Assembly (NCBI GenBank): GCA_963702425.1
Contig: CAVPCQ010000011.1
Span: 128,001 to 192,000 of the forward strand
Direction: 5' to 3'
Length of the DNA stretch: 64,000 nt
DNA from: an uncultured Acidobacteriota bacterium
Lineage (GTDB): Bacteria; Acidobacteriota; Polarisedimenticolia; J045
Below the pieces are notes generated by a model. That model searched no databases. It was not told the origin of the DNA and saw only the letters and a program-made list of their open reading frames with translations. Both the position numbers and the translations under genes were made by a program. Below are positions 21,726 through 31,263 of the stretch, in pieces. Every line of letters begins with the position of its first letter. Within the stretch, counting starts at the first letter, position 1.

Positions 21726-22730
21726 ATGACCCCCGAAGAGGCCTACTTCCGCGACGAGCTGGTCGATCGGCGGCAGCGCGCCGAGCAGACCGCCCTGCGG
21801 ATCGGCAACCGCCCCGACCTGGCGGCGCTCCTGGTGCGGATCGACGAGGCCCTCGGGGAGATCGAGGGGGGGACGTTCGGGATCTGCCGGACCTGCCGCG
21901 ACCCGATCGAGGCCGAGCTGCTGCACGCCGATCCGCTGATCCGGTTCTGCATCGACCACCTCGACCGCGGCGCGCGGCAGCGACTGGAGGCCGATCTCGA
22001 CCTGGCCGCGCGGATCCAGCAACGGCTGCTGCCGTCCGAGGCGGCGGCGGGCTCGTGCTGGCGCACGGCGCGCGCCTACATCCCGGCCGGTCCCGTCGGC
22101 GGGGACATCTTCGACCTCGTCACCGGCGGAGGGCCCGGCGACGCCCGCGCGGCGGACGGTCTGACCTTCGTGCTCGGCGACGTCGCCGGGAAGGGGGTCG
22201 CGGCCGCGCTCCTGATGTCGAACGTTCAGGCCACCTTCCGCGCGCTGGCGCCGATCGAGCCCGACGTCGCGCGGCTCGCCGCGCGGATCAACCACCTCTT
22301 CTGCCGCAGCATCCTGGAGTCGCACTACGCGACGCTGGTCGTCGGGAGCGCCGCACCCGACGGCCGCGTCGAGCTCTGCAACGCCGGGCACCTGCCGACG
22401 CTGCTCGTTCGCCCGGACGGCGTCACCGAGCTGGGCGCCACCGGGCTGCCGACCGGGATGTTCTGCGACGGTGAGTACGAGGCGCACCGCCTGGTTCTCG
22501 CGCCGGGGGAGTCGCTGCTGCTGTACACCGACGGCGTAACCGAGGCGCGCGACGCCGCGGGCGAGGAGTACGGGCTGGCGCGGCTCGTCGCGCGGGTGGC
22601 GGCGCTGGCCGGCGGGCCGGCCGAGACGCTGGTCTCCGCCTGCCGCGACGACCTCGAACGCTTCCACGCCGGCGTGCCCCGCGGCGACGACGTCACGCTC
22701 TTCGCGCTCGAGCGCCTCCGGAACGCCTGA
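21726..22730 (+). CDS. SpoIIE/RsbU PP2C phosphatase with N-terminal DksA/TraR-type zinc finger
   Basis: GTFGICRTC...RFCIDH finger; VGGDIFD, GDVAGKG, NAGH, LYTDGVTEA, DDVT. Confidence 0.9.
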   Translation: MTPEEAYFRDELVDRRQRAEQTALRIGNRPDLAALLVRIDEALGEIEGGTFGICRTCRDPIEAELLHADPLIRFCIDHLDRGARQRLEADLDLAARIQQRLLPSEAAAGSCWRTARAYIPAGPVGGDIFDLVTGGGPGDARAADGLTFVLGDVAGKGVAAALLMSNVQATFRALAPIEPDVARLAARINHLFCRSILESHYATLVVGSAAPDGRVELCNAGHLPTLLVRPDGVTELGATGLPTGMFCDGEYEAHRLVLAPGESLLLYTDGVTEARDAAGEEYGLARLVARVAALAGGPAETLVSACRDDLERFHAGVPRGDDVTLFALERLRNA

Positions 22731-22747
22731 CGCCGCGGCCCGAAACA

Positions 22748-22775
22748 CGACGGGCCGCCGGAAGGCGGCCCGTCG
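22748..22775. terminator. Hairpin terminator between convergent genes
   Basis: CGACGGGCCGCC-ggaa-GGCGGCCCGTCG, a perfect 12-bp stem. Confidence 0.8.
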
Positions 22776-22796
22776 CTGTCGTTCGCGGTCCGTGGG

Positions 22797-25016
22797 CTAC
22801 TGGTCGGCGACCTCTTCCTTCCAGGCCCGGATCTCGATCGCCTTCTCGCGCGGCAGGTAGATGCCGAAGTCCTTCGCCCCTCCGAGCAGGCGCGGGTCGT
22901 GCGAGAACATCGTGATCGACGCCCCGACCGTCGCCTCGACCCGCGAAACGAACGCGCCGTAGGTCTCGATGATCCCGGAGGCGTCGGGGCGGAAGACCCC
23001 CGCGGTCGCGTGGTTGTTGTAGAGCACTCCGGCGATCTGCGGCACGCTCGGCGGGTTGGGCGAGAACTCGGACCAGGCGTGCGTCGTCACCGCGTCCAGC
23101 CAGAGCGGGCTTCCGCGCCAGATCCTGCCGTCGTTGTCGGTGTCGAGCGGCGCCGCGGTGTTGGGGTCGGCGGCGGAGGAGTTGAGCCGGTCGTTGATGT
23201 TCTCGGGCAGTGCGAAGCTCGACGAGCCGGCCGTGGGCAGTCCCTGCCCGTTGAGCGAGCCGCGTTGGATCCGGTCGTCGAACCGCGCGTCGCCGTCGAT
23301 GTCCTCGCCCGAGCCGGGGATGACGTCGCCGATCGCATAGCCGGCCGGGATCAGCCCGGACCCGCACTGGCCCTGGCCGTCGGCGGAATAGTACTTCACG
23401 TTCCAGACGTTGTTTCCCTCGTTGGTGTCGGCCGTGTTGGGCAGGTTGTCGACGCCGAGATCTTCCTTGGATTGGTTGTTGGCGTCCGCCAGCCAGCCAT
23501 CCACCAGGCCCCAGTTCGCGCCGTCGGGAAAGCGGCCGATGATGATGTTCTCGCGCGCGAACATCCCGACCAGGTCGGCGTCGCGTACGGAGTAGGTCCC
23601 GGCGGGAGCCGTGGCCGAGGTCAGGGCGCGCCAGGCCTGGATGTCCGCGGTCGCCATCGACGCGAACCCGGTCTTGGCGACGTTGCCGTAACCGGTCCCC
23701 GCGGGCGTACCCGAGTCCGGCAGGTGCGGCCGCGGCGGGTTGTCGTAGAGCAGGCCGTTCGGGAGGTAGACGTTCCCCGAGGTGTAGATGCTCCCCTGCC
23801 CCGAGATCCGGCCCATCAGGATGACGCTCCCGGTCATGGGTCGCAGGCCGGCCGCGTCCCACTCGTCGCTCGTGTTCCAGATCCCGTCGGCGCCGGGCGA
23901 TCCGATCACCACCGGCCCATCGACGATGATCGGACGCGTGCGGCCGTCGAGGATCATGAACGGCGACTCGTCGTCGTCCGTGTTGGCCGTTCCGTCGCGG
24001 CCGTAGCCGTCGTCCGCGGTGTTCCAGGTGGCGTCCGGGCCGACGTTGCAGCCGATGCAGCCGCGGTAGGTGCGGTAGCGGCCGAGCTTCTGGTCCCAGA
24101 CCTTCAGCGTCGAGCCGCCGGTGTCGTCCGGGGTCCCCCAGAGATCGTCCGCTCCGGCCGCTCCGCCGTTCCATTCGCGCGCCGCCTTGATGTAGACGGA
24201 GAGATCCGACAGGTTCGGCATCGGGACGATGTCCTGGTATTCCAGTCGGTTCGCGGCGACGCTGTAGTCACCCTTGAGGTTCTCCGGCCCGAGAATCCGC
24301 TTGCCGGCGATCACGCCGCCGTCGTGCAGCCGGTGGATCAGCTTGTTGCCGACGATCTTCTCGAAGTAGGGCGTACCGCGGCCCCAGATGCACGAGCCGT
24401 AGAGCCGCACGTCGCCATTCGCCCGCAGGTTGCCGTGGAAGTAGAGCTGCCCGCAGCCCCAGCCGCTCATCCAGCCGAAGTTGTTCATGAAGTAGGCGTT
24501 GTCGAACACCCGTGAGGGGATGAGCTTGAGCCGGATGACCGCCGACAGCGTCTTCTGCTTGCCCTCCAGGACGGCCGTCGAGCGGATGTTCATGTCGACG
24601 TACTCCAACTGGCGGGCTTCGTCGATCGTCGTGGGGTAGGTCAGGATGTTGACGGTGTAGCTGCCGCGGCCGTGCTGGATGTTCACGTAGTCGCGACCGG
24701 AGTCGTCGGCCGTCCCGGCAGTGCCGTCGGCGCCTCGCGACTTGCCGTGCGTCAGGTGCAGCATGACGTAGTTGTCGAAGATGTGGTCGAGGTTCGGGTT
24801 GCCGACCAGAGAGCAGGTGACGTCGCCGGTCATCCGCTCGAGGCCCGCCTCTGCGATATAGAGCAGCTCGTTGTTGTCCTTGTCCTGATCGGTCGTCCTG
24901 AGCGAGAGCATCGACGATCCGAGCATCGCCAGACCCATCAGGGTCAGCGCGGACACGACGAACATGACGACGAGCAGGGCGGCGCCGCGCTCGTCACGCT
25001 GCTTTCCGATGTTCAT
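22797..25016 (-). CDS. Large PilX-like minor pilin (~740 aa)
   Basis: ERG|AALLVVMFVV (class III signal lacking E5) and LYIAEAGLE PilX motif. RBS GAGGTG before ATG 25016. Confidence 0.82.
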   Translation of the reverse strand: MNIGKQRDERGAALLVVMFVVSALTLMGLAMLGSSMLSLRTTDQDKDNNELLYIAEAGLERMTGDVTCSLVGNPNLDHIFDNYVMLHLTHGKSRGADGTAGTADDSGRDYVNIQHGRGSYTVNILTYPTTIDEARQLEYVDMNIRSTAVLEGKQKTLSAVIRLKLIPSRVFDNAYFMNNFGWMSGWGCGQLYFHGNLRANGDVRLYGSCIWGRGTPYFEKIVGNKLIHRLHDGGVIAGKRILGPENLKGDYSVAANRLEYQDIVPMPNLSDLSVYIKAAREWNGGAAGADDLWGTPDDTGGSTLKVWDQKLGRYRTYRGCIGCNVGPDATWNTADDGYGRDGTANTDDDESPFMILDGRTRPIIVDGPVVIGSPGADGIWNTSDEWDAAGLRPMTGSVILMGRISGQGSIYTSGNVYLPNGLLYDNPPRPHLPDSGTPAGTGYGNVAKTGFASMATADIQAWRALTSATAPAGTYSVRDADLVGMFARENIIIGRFPDGANWGLVDGWLADANNQSKEDLGVDNLPNTADTNEGNNVWNVKYYSADGQGQCGSGLIPAGYAIGDVIPGSGEDIDGDARFDDRIQRGSLNGQGLPTAGSSSFALPENINDRLNSSAADPNTAAPLDTDNDGRIWRGSPLWLDAVTTHAWSEFSPNPPSVPQIAGVLYNNHATAGVFRPDASGIIETYGAFVSRVEATVGASITMFSHDPRLLGGAKDFGIYLPREKAIEIRAWKEEVADQ

Positions 25017-25024
25017 CGTCCACC

Positions 25025-28000
25025 TCATGGCATCGTCACTCCCAGCTCGAAGCTGTTGCAGGAGTCGACCAGGATCTGGTCCTCCCCGTCGTCCGGATTC
25101 TCGGTCGGGCCGGCCCGGTCGGTGAGCATTCCCGACTCGCCGTCCAGCGCGCTCGTCTGGGAGTAGCTGGCGGTGACGACATAGAAGTACGAGGCTCCGC
25201 TCGACGCGGTCTTCGTGCCGTCGTCTTCCCAGGCCAGTTCGGGCCGCAGAGCCAGGGCGCGCAGCGGCTCGCCGGAACTCTCTGCCATCACGCTGGTCCA
25301 GTTCCCCGCGTGATCGCGGTGGAAGACGAAGCCGCTCGAGTCCGACACCCAGGCCCTGCTGCCGTCGAGCATTGCCACCGCGAGCGGGCCGTTGGGAGCC
25401 GGCGCCTCGGTCGCCCAGCTCACTCCGTCGGTCGTCCGGTAGATCGCGTTGGCCGACGGCACGACAGCCATGGCGGGCCCGCCGGGAGCCACGGCGACGC
25501 CGCGGAAGCGCCCGGCGCCGGGGAAGTCGAGCGGGACCCAGTTCACGGCGCTGTCGGTCGAACGCCAGATCCGATCCTCGGCCCCGACCACGACCGTCCG
25601 GTCGCCCAGGCCCTCGCGGGCCATCGCGACGCCGTAGAGGTCGCTGCCGGCCGCGAACCCGAGGATCGTCCAGTTGATGCCGCCGTCCGGCGAGCGGGCC
25701 GCCGCTCCGTTGTGGCCGACGACGACCACGAAGTTGCCGTCGTTCGCGATCCCGGTGAGGTCGTCGGTGATGCTCACCGTGACCGAGCTGAAGGTCGCCC
25801 CGCCGTCGGTGGACTTGAGGACGGTTCCGTTGTTCCCGACGGCCATGACCGTCTGCTCGGACAGGAAGGCCACCGCGTTCAGGTTGTCGCTGCCGGCGAT
25901 GCTCGAGGCGTTCCAGGTCGCGCCCCCGGTCGTCGAGTAGTAGCCCTTGCCGGACTCGCCGACCACGACCGCGTTCAGGCGGTTGCCGAAGGCGATCCCG
26001 TTCGGCCGGAAGCCGCTCGCGTCCCCGACCTCGCGCCAGTTCGTGCCGCCGTCGAGACTCTGGACCACCTTGCCCGGCGAGTTGCCACCGGCGGCGTAGG
26101 CCAGGCCGGTCCAGCGGATCGTCGCCACGCGGTCGGATACCCGGTACCCGGCGCTGTGGTCCGAGAGCGACCGGAGCGTTCCGTCGCCGTCGAAGTCATG
26201 GGCGAGGTAGATGTTGTAGTCGATCAGGTGCGGATCGTACCCGGGGCCGTCGTTGCGCGGGTTCGGAGAAAAATAGATCTCCACCGGGTGGTCGTTCACC
26301 GCGTGCTGCGCGACCCGGGCGTGCTGCGCCACGGGGAAGACCGGGCCCTTGTACGGTCGTGCGCAGTAGCGCGGGCTGTAAGGCGAGAGCGCGTTCGCCG
26401 CATCGATCGCGCGCATCCAGTAGTAGTAGAGCGTGCCCCAGACCAGGCCGGACGACGAGTTGGTGGCGTTGTCCGTGAAGGTGTACGAGGCTGCAGCCGT
26501 GGCGTCGATCGGAACGTTGTTGACCGGCGGGACGCAACGGTAGTCCTGGCTCTCCGAGCGGTGGACGTAGTACTTCTTGACGATGCCGCCGAACCCGGTG
26601 GTGTTGGCCACCTCGTCGGCCGAACGGTCGAATACGACATCCAGCTGGGTCCCGTCGTCGCCCGGGATGTCGAGGATCTCGATCTGCTCCGGGTACTGGC
26701 CGCCGATCCTGGAGGGGTAGGCTCCGCCGGCCGGGTCCAGCACCGACAGCTGCGGTGTGCAGTCCATCGCGCGGAGCTTGTACCAGTACTGCCGCGGCGG
26801 CCACGTCCGCATGATGACCCAGTCGTCGACGACCTCCGTCTCGCCCTTGTTCGCCTCGCTGTAGGGTGTCGTCCCGAACACGCTGTCGACGTCGGTCCGG
26901 TAGAGAATGTACTTCTCGACGTCCATCTCACCGCCGCCGTCGTCCGACGACAGGGCCCACGTGACGCGGACCTTCCCGTCCGCCAAGGCGTCAGGGCACG
27001 CGTTCTCGACCGTGATCGACGATGTCGGATGGGGCTGATCGCCGCACGCACCGCCAGGCAGGTCGATGTTCCGCGGCTTGATCTGCGTCGACATCGTGAC
27101 CGTCCGGTACCGGAAGGGAGTCATCGCGGTCGATCGCGCCTTGTCGGCGTACTTCATGTCCGGGTAGGGTGTCTCGACCGTGACGTGGATGTCGATCTTC
27201 TTGATGATGTCGCCGATGCGGCGGTCCAGCAGCCCGTTCGCGTTGCGGTCCTCGCCCACGTCCATCACGGCGTTGTCATTCGCGTCCTCGTCGGTGATGG
27301 CGGTCAGGGCGGCCAATTCGCCCGTCTCGAGGACGCCGTTGTAGGCGACCCCGCCGCCGGCGCCGGTGTCGCCCCACAGCGTGAGGCCCTTCTGGTTGTA
27401 GAATTCGCCCCAGTACTGGAAGAGCGGCAGCGGCTTGGCCCCGCTCGGGTAGGCGCCCGGCCCGCGGACCAGGCCGACCGGTCCCGCGCCGGACACGTTG
27501 TCGGTGCCGTTGTCGCCGTAGACCTCGCGGCGCAGCATGTAGAGTCCCGTGTTGTCGACAACCGCCTCCTCGGCCTCGTCCTGCCTGTCGGCCGTATCCA
27601 GCGTGCCGTCGCCGTTGGAGTCGAGGGTGTAGCGCACCGTCTCGGCCCCGGTATGGAAGGTCACGGGGGCGTAGCCGGTCGGAAGCGCGTCGCCGCCGTT
27701 CCCGTCGATGATCGCTTCGACCTCGGGGTTCACGTCCGCGTTGACGACCAACTCGTAGGGCGCGGCGTACACGACCGCCGACTGGCCGACGAGGTCGTCG
27801 CCCGTGTCGGCCGTTCCGTCGGGGCCGACGTCGGCGATCGTCTGCTTGTCGATCAGGAACCCCGTCATCAGCAGGTCGTGCTCGAGGGTCTCGACGGTGT
27901 GGCGGGCCTCGCGGGTGACCTCCAGCACCGCGTCGTCTCGATGGTAGACGCGGTTGTCGATCGCCAGCATCGACAGCGCGGCGAGAAACACCATCGAAGT

Positions 28001-28150
28001 GATGGCGATCGCGACGAGGGCCTCGGCGAGCGAGAACCCCCGCTCCGTCTCGGCGGGCTGTGCCGTCCTCGCACTCGGGCGAAGGCGGTCAGAACGACGG
28101 AATGTAGAACGCCTTTTCCGTGGAGAGCGTGACGTGATGTAGTTGTCCAT
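25025..28150 (-). CDS. Very large PilW-like minor pilin (~1000 aa) with FN3-like and BNR/YCF48-type repeats (start uncertain, 28070-28150)
   Basis: ERG|FSLAEALVAIAI; YWYKLRAMD and YYYWMRAID FN3-like strands; SxDGGxxW Asp-box repeats (SLDGGTNW, STTGGATW, STDGGATF, SPDGGINW). Confidence 0.82.
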   Translation of the reverse strand: MDNYITSRSPRKRRSTFRRSDRLRPSARTAQPAETERGFSLAEALVAIAITSMVFLAALSMLAIDNRVYHRDDAVLEVTREARHTVETLEHDLLMTGFLIDKQTIADVGPDGTADTGDDLVGQSAVVYAAPYELVVNADVNPEVEAIIDGNGGDALPTGYAPVTFHTGAETVRYTLDSNGDGTLDTADRQDEAEEAVVDNTGLYMLRREVYGDNGTDNVSGAGPVGLVRGPGAYPSGAKPLPLFQYWGEFYNQKGLTLWGDTGAGGGVAYNGVLETGELAALTAITDEDANDNAVMDVGEDRNANGLLDRRIGDIIKKIDIHVTVETPYPDMKYADKARSTAMTPFRYRTVTMSTQIKPRNIDLPGGACGDQPHPTSSITVENACPDALADGKVRVTWALSSDDGGGEMDVEKYILYRTDVDSVFGTTPYSEANKGETEVVDDWVIMRTWPPRQYWYKLRAMDCTPQLSVLDPAGGAYPSRIGGQYPEQIEILDIPGDDGTQLDVVFDRSADEVANTTGFGGIVKKYYVHRSESQDYRCVPPVNNVPIDATAAASYTFTDNATNSSSGLVWGTLYYYWMRAIDAANALSPYSPRYCARPYKGPVFPVAQHARVAQHAVNDHPVEIYFSPNPRNDGPGYDPHLIDYNIYLAHDFDGDGTLRSLSDHSAGYRVSDRVATIRWTGLAYAAGGNSPGKVVQSLDGGTNWREVGDASGFRPNGIAFGNRLNAVVVGESGKGYYSTTGGATWNASSIAGSDNLNAVAFLSEQTVMAVGNNGTVLKSTDGGATFSSVTVSITDDLTGIANDGNFVVVVGHNGAAARSPDGGINWTILGFAAGSDLYGVAMAREGLGDRTVVVGAEDRIWRSTDSAVNWVPLDFPGAGRFRGVAVAPGGPAMAVVPSANAIYRTTDGVSWATEAPAPNGPLAVAMLDGSRAWVSDSSGFVFHRDHAGNWTSVMAESSGEPLRALALRPELAWEDDGTKTASSGASYFYVVTASYSQTSALDGESGMLTDRAGPTENPDDGEDQILVDSCNSFELGVTMP

Positions 28151-28790
28151 TGAGGTCCTTCCACTTGACGCGCACGAGCACGTATTTGACGTAGCGGCTC
28201 GCCGGCTGGTCGGCGGTCGGCGTCGTGGTTTCGACGGTGACGCTGTCGCGGGCATCCGGCGAAGCCGGGCCGAGACGGACGTTCGTGATCGCCTGGGCAT
28301 GATCCGCAGCGTCCACGATGTAGACCTCGCGGCGGAATCGTCTGTACTGGCCGGCGTTGACCGCGTAGTCGAGCTTGCCCTGCGTCCCGGCCGAGTAGGT
28401 CGCGAGCGTGATCGGGATCGGCGAGAGCTTGATGTCCGGGACGTTGGCGCAGTTCCGGTAGTTGAAACGCGTCCCGTTCAGAAGGTCGACCTGGCCATAG
28501 TCTTCGTCCGTGAAGATCGTGGTCGTGACCTCGTCGATGTCGGTGCAGGGGTCGGACACGTCACGGTAGGCGTCGCGGTCGCCGTCCTGGTAACGGGAGT
28601 TCTTGATCTGCTCCAGCCGGTGGCCGGCCAGGTAGCGGGCGGTCGCGTAGTCCTTGGTGAACTGCGAGGTCTTGAGCGTCGAGATCAGCAGCATGTTCAG
28701 GCCGAGCAGCGCGATCCCGAAGATGCCGACGGCGACGAGCGCCTCGGCCAGCGACACGCCCGCTTCCGACGAGAGTCCGCGCCTGGTCAT
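28089..28790 (-). CDS. PilV-like minor pilin
   Basis: EAG|VSLAEALVAVGIF and C-terminal KYVLVRVKW. ATGA overlap. Confidence 0.82.
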   Translation of the reverse strand: MTRRGLSSEAGVSLAEALVAVGIFGIALLGLNMLLISTLKTSQFTKDYATARYLAGHRLEQIKNSRYQDGDRDAYRDVSDPCTDIDEVTTTIFTDEDYGQVDLLNGTRFNYRNCANVPDIKLSPIPITLATYSAGTQGKLDYAVNAGQYRRFRREVYIVDAADHAQAITNVRLGPASPDARDSVTVETTTPTADQPASRYVKYVLVRVKWKDLNGQLHHVTLSTEKAFYIPSF

Positions 28791-29413
28791 CGCTCGAGCC
28801 TCCACGGCACCGGTCCGCTGCTGTCCGGGTCGTATTTCCACCGGCGCACCCGTCCGGTCGCCTCGTTCACGCTGATCGCGCGCATCTTCGCGGGGTCGTT
28901 GTGCGCCAGGTCCTGCTTGTCGATCAGGTAGACGATGCCCGCTGTCGATGAGCCGCCCGGCCGGAAGACCGCCGCCGGCGGGCTGCCGGCGAAGGTCACG
29001 GCGTCGGCCACCGCCGCCCCGTCGAGCCCGACGACTCCGGGGGGGCAGCCGAACACGATGTGCTCGGCCGATGCGGACAGGCGGGATTCCACCAACGTCT
29101 CACCGATCGCCTCGTCGAGGTCGCCGTCGCTGTTGCGGTCCGCGTGGACGGCGTAGCGACCATCCACGTCGTTGAACACGACACGGAAGTTGTAGTCGTT
29201 GAACGCGGCCTGGGAGCGCGCCAGTTCCAGCCGGCGCGCCACGTCCGAGGCGACGGCGCTGGTGCGCCAGCCGGACGTGTTCGCCACGTAGACCCCGATG
29301 GTCGTCGTGACACCGAGGATGGCGAGCACGACGAGAAGTTCGGGCAGGCTGTAGCCGCGCTCCCGGCGAGTACGGCCTCGGCGTCCGTGCTCAGTGCAAT
29401 GTGTGATGTCCAC
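28787..29413 (-). CDS. FimT/FimU/GspH-like minor pilin
   Basis: ERG|YSLPELLVVLAILG; LELARSQA; VFRPGG. Probable GTG start at 29413. Confidence 0.82.
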   Translation of the reverse strand: MDITHCTEHGRRGRTRRERGYSLPELLVVLAILGVTTTIGVYVANTSGWRTSAVASDVARRLELARSQAAFNDYNFRVVFNDVDGRYAVHADRNSDGDLDEAIGETLVESRLSASAEHIVFGCPPGVVGLDGAAVADAVTFAGSPPAAVFRPGGSSTAGIVYLIDKQDLAHNDPAKMRAISVNEATGRVRRWKYDPDSSGPVPWRLER

Positions 29414-29619
29414 GGGCGTTCCGTCCGCGCGAGGATCCCCGGTCGAATATTGGTTCGGGGCCGGGTCCGGGCAAGGCCTTGCGGGGCGCGGCTTTTCGAG
29501 GATCGAGGAGATGTCCCCAGGGCTGTTCAGGAGCTGAACACCGGGCTCCCCGCGGCTGTTCCGTCCCGTTCGAAGCGCTACCTTCGGCGGGCGGGATCGT
29601 GGCAGTATCTTCTTCCCCG

Positions 29620-30048
29620 ATGGTCGACCCCGGTTCCGCCCGCTTGACCCTCCGTTGCGACCTGGACGAGGTCGCCCGGGCCGACGCATGGCTGCAGGAG
29701 TTCTGCGCCGGCCACGGGGTCATCGAGGACGCGCTCTACGACCTGCGGCTCTGCCTCGACGAGGTCCTCGCGAACGTGATCCGGCACGGCTACGGCGTCG
29801 GCGACACGGGGACGGTCCACGTCTCGATCGAGTGCCCGGGGGACCGGGTGAGACTCGAGGTTCGCGACGCGGCCGCACGGTTCAACCCGCTCGACGCGGC
29901 GGATCCCGATCTCGATGTCGCCCCCGAGGATCGCCCGATCGGCGGGCTCGGGATCTTCCTCGTCCGGCAGCTGATGGACATGGTCAGCTACGATTACGAA
30001 AACGGTGAGAACCGGCTCTCGATGGAACGCAGCCTCAGGCGGCGGTGA
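29620..30048 (+). CDS. RsbW-like anti-sigma factor Ser/Thr kinase
   Basis: LCLDEVLANVIRHGY...FNPL...GGLGIFLVRQLMD. Confidence 0.9.
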   Translation: MVDPGSARLTLRCDLDEVARADAWLQEFCAGHGVIEDALYDLRLCLDEVLANVIRHGYGVGDTGTVHVSIECPGDRVRLEVRDAAARFNPLDAADPDLDVAPEDRPIGGLGIFLVRQLMDMVSYDYENGENRLSMERSLRRR

Positions 30049-30093
30049 AGCCGCTGTCCGTGACCGCGATCGAGCGGCCTGAGGCCGGTGGGG

Positions 30094-31263
30094 TCACGCG
30101 CGTCCCGTCCGCGCCAGCGCCTCGCGGTAAGCGGCTTCCAGCTCGCCGATCATCCGCTCGCGCGTGAACCGCGCGCGCACGAAGCGCTCGCCCTCGGTCG
30201 CGCGGGCCCTCCAGGCCGGCAGATCGCGCGCCATCGCGCCGATCGCATCCGCCAGGGCCGCAGCGTCGCGCGGCGGAACGACGATCCCGTACTTCCCGTC
30301 ACCGGTCAGCTCGCGCGCGGCACCGATCCCGGTCGCGACGACCGGGACCTTCGAGGCCAGGGCCTCCTTGATCATCCCGGAGGAGGCATCGCAGTCCACC
30401 GCCGGCAGGATCGCGAGGTCGAGCGCGGCGTAGATGTCGTTGACGTCGTCGCGATAGCCGAGGAAGTGGACCCGGCCGGCCAGCCCGAGCGCCCGAGCGC
30501 GGGCCCGGAGCGCCTCCGCCGCGTCCCCGTCGCCGGCGAGGACGACGGAGAGCTGCGGCCACTCGGGCGCCAGGATCGCCAGCGCGTCGATCAGGTACTC
30601 CTGTCCCTTGTCGGGCACCAGCCGCGCCACCGTTCCGGCCAGCAGGTCGCCCTCCCCCGCTCCGACCTCGCGCCGCACCTTCGCGCGGTCGGGCGGCCGG
30701 GTGGGCGTCGCGACCTCGGGGCGCAGTGGGCTGTGGATCGCCGGGATCTCGCGCTCGTCCAGCGCCCCGGCCGCGATGATCCCGCGAAAGCGGTCCTTCA
30801 CCTCGGGGGCGACGACGATCAGCCCGTCGAGACCGCGCCCGAAGAGCCAGCGATTGACCGCCGTGTTCCGCACGCGCTTGGTGTTGTGCCGCGTGTAGAG
30901 CTGGACCGGGCGCGACGCCCGCGGCATCGCGAGCCGCGCCAGCGCCGCCGCCCAGGTGTCCTGCGAGCCGTGCGAGTTGACGATGTCGGGAGCGTAGGCG
31001 GTGAAGAGGCGACGCAGCGTGAGGGCGTCCCGGACCAGCGAGACGACCTGCTGCTTGGGGCGGAAGCGGACGTCGCCGAAGACGGCGATCCCCTCCGCGC
31101 GCGCCGTCGCCGCCGGCCGCCCGTCCCCCGGCACCGCCAGCATGACCGTGTGGCCGCGCGCGGCGAGGCCGCGGCACTCGGCGAGCACGCGATTGATCTG
31201 GCCGCCCCACCCGCGGTGGAAATCGGTGTGGAGGATCGTGAGGCGGCCGTCCCCCACCATCAC
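30094..31263 (-). CDS. Glycosyltransferase family 4
   Basis: GWGGQ, VARLVPDKGQ, FLGYRDDV, EALASKVPVVAT. Confidence 0.9.
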   Translation of the reverse strand: MMVGDGRLTILHTDFHRGWGGQINRVLAECRGLAARGHTVMLAVPGDGRPAATARAEGIAVFGDVRFRPKQQVVSLVRDALTLRRLFTAYAPDIVNSHGSQDTWAAALARLAMPRASRPVQLYTRHNTKRVRNTAVNRWLFGRGLDGLIVVAPEVKDRFRGIIAAGALDEREIPAIHSPLRPEVATPTRPPDRAKVRREVGAGEGDLLAGTVARLVPDKGQEYLIDALAILAPEWPQLSVVLAGDGDAAEALRARARALGLAGRVHFLGYRDDVNDIYAALDLAILPAVDCDASSGMIKEALASKVPVVATGIGAARELTGDGKYGIVVPPRDAAALADAIGAMARDLPAWRARATEGERFVRARFTRERMIGELEAAYREALARTGRA

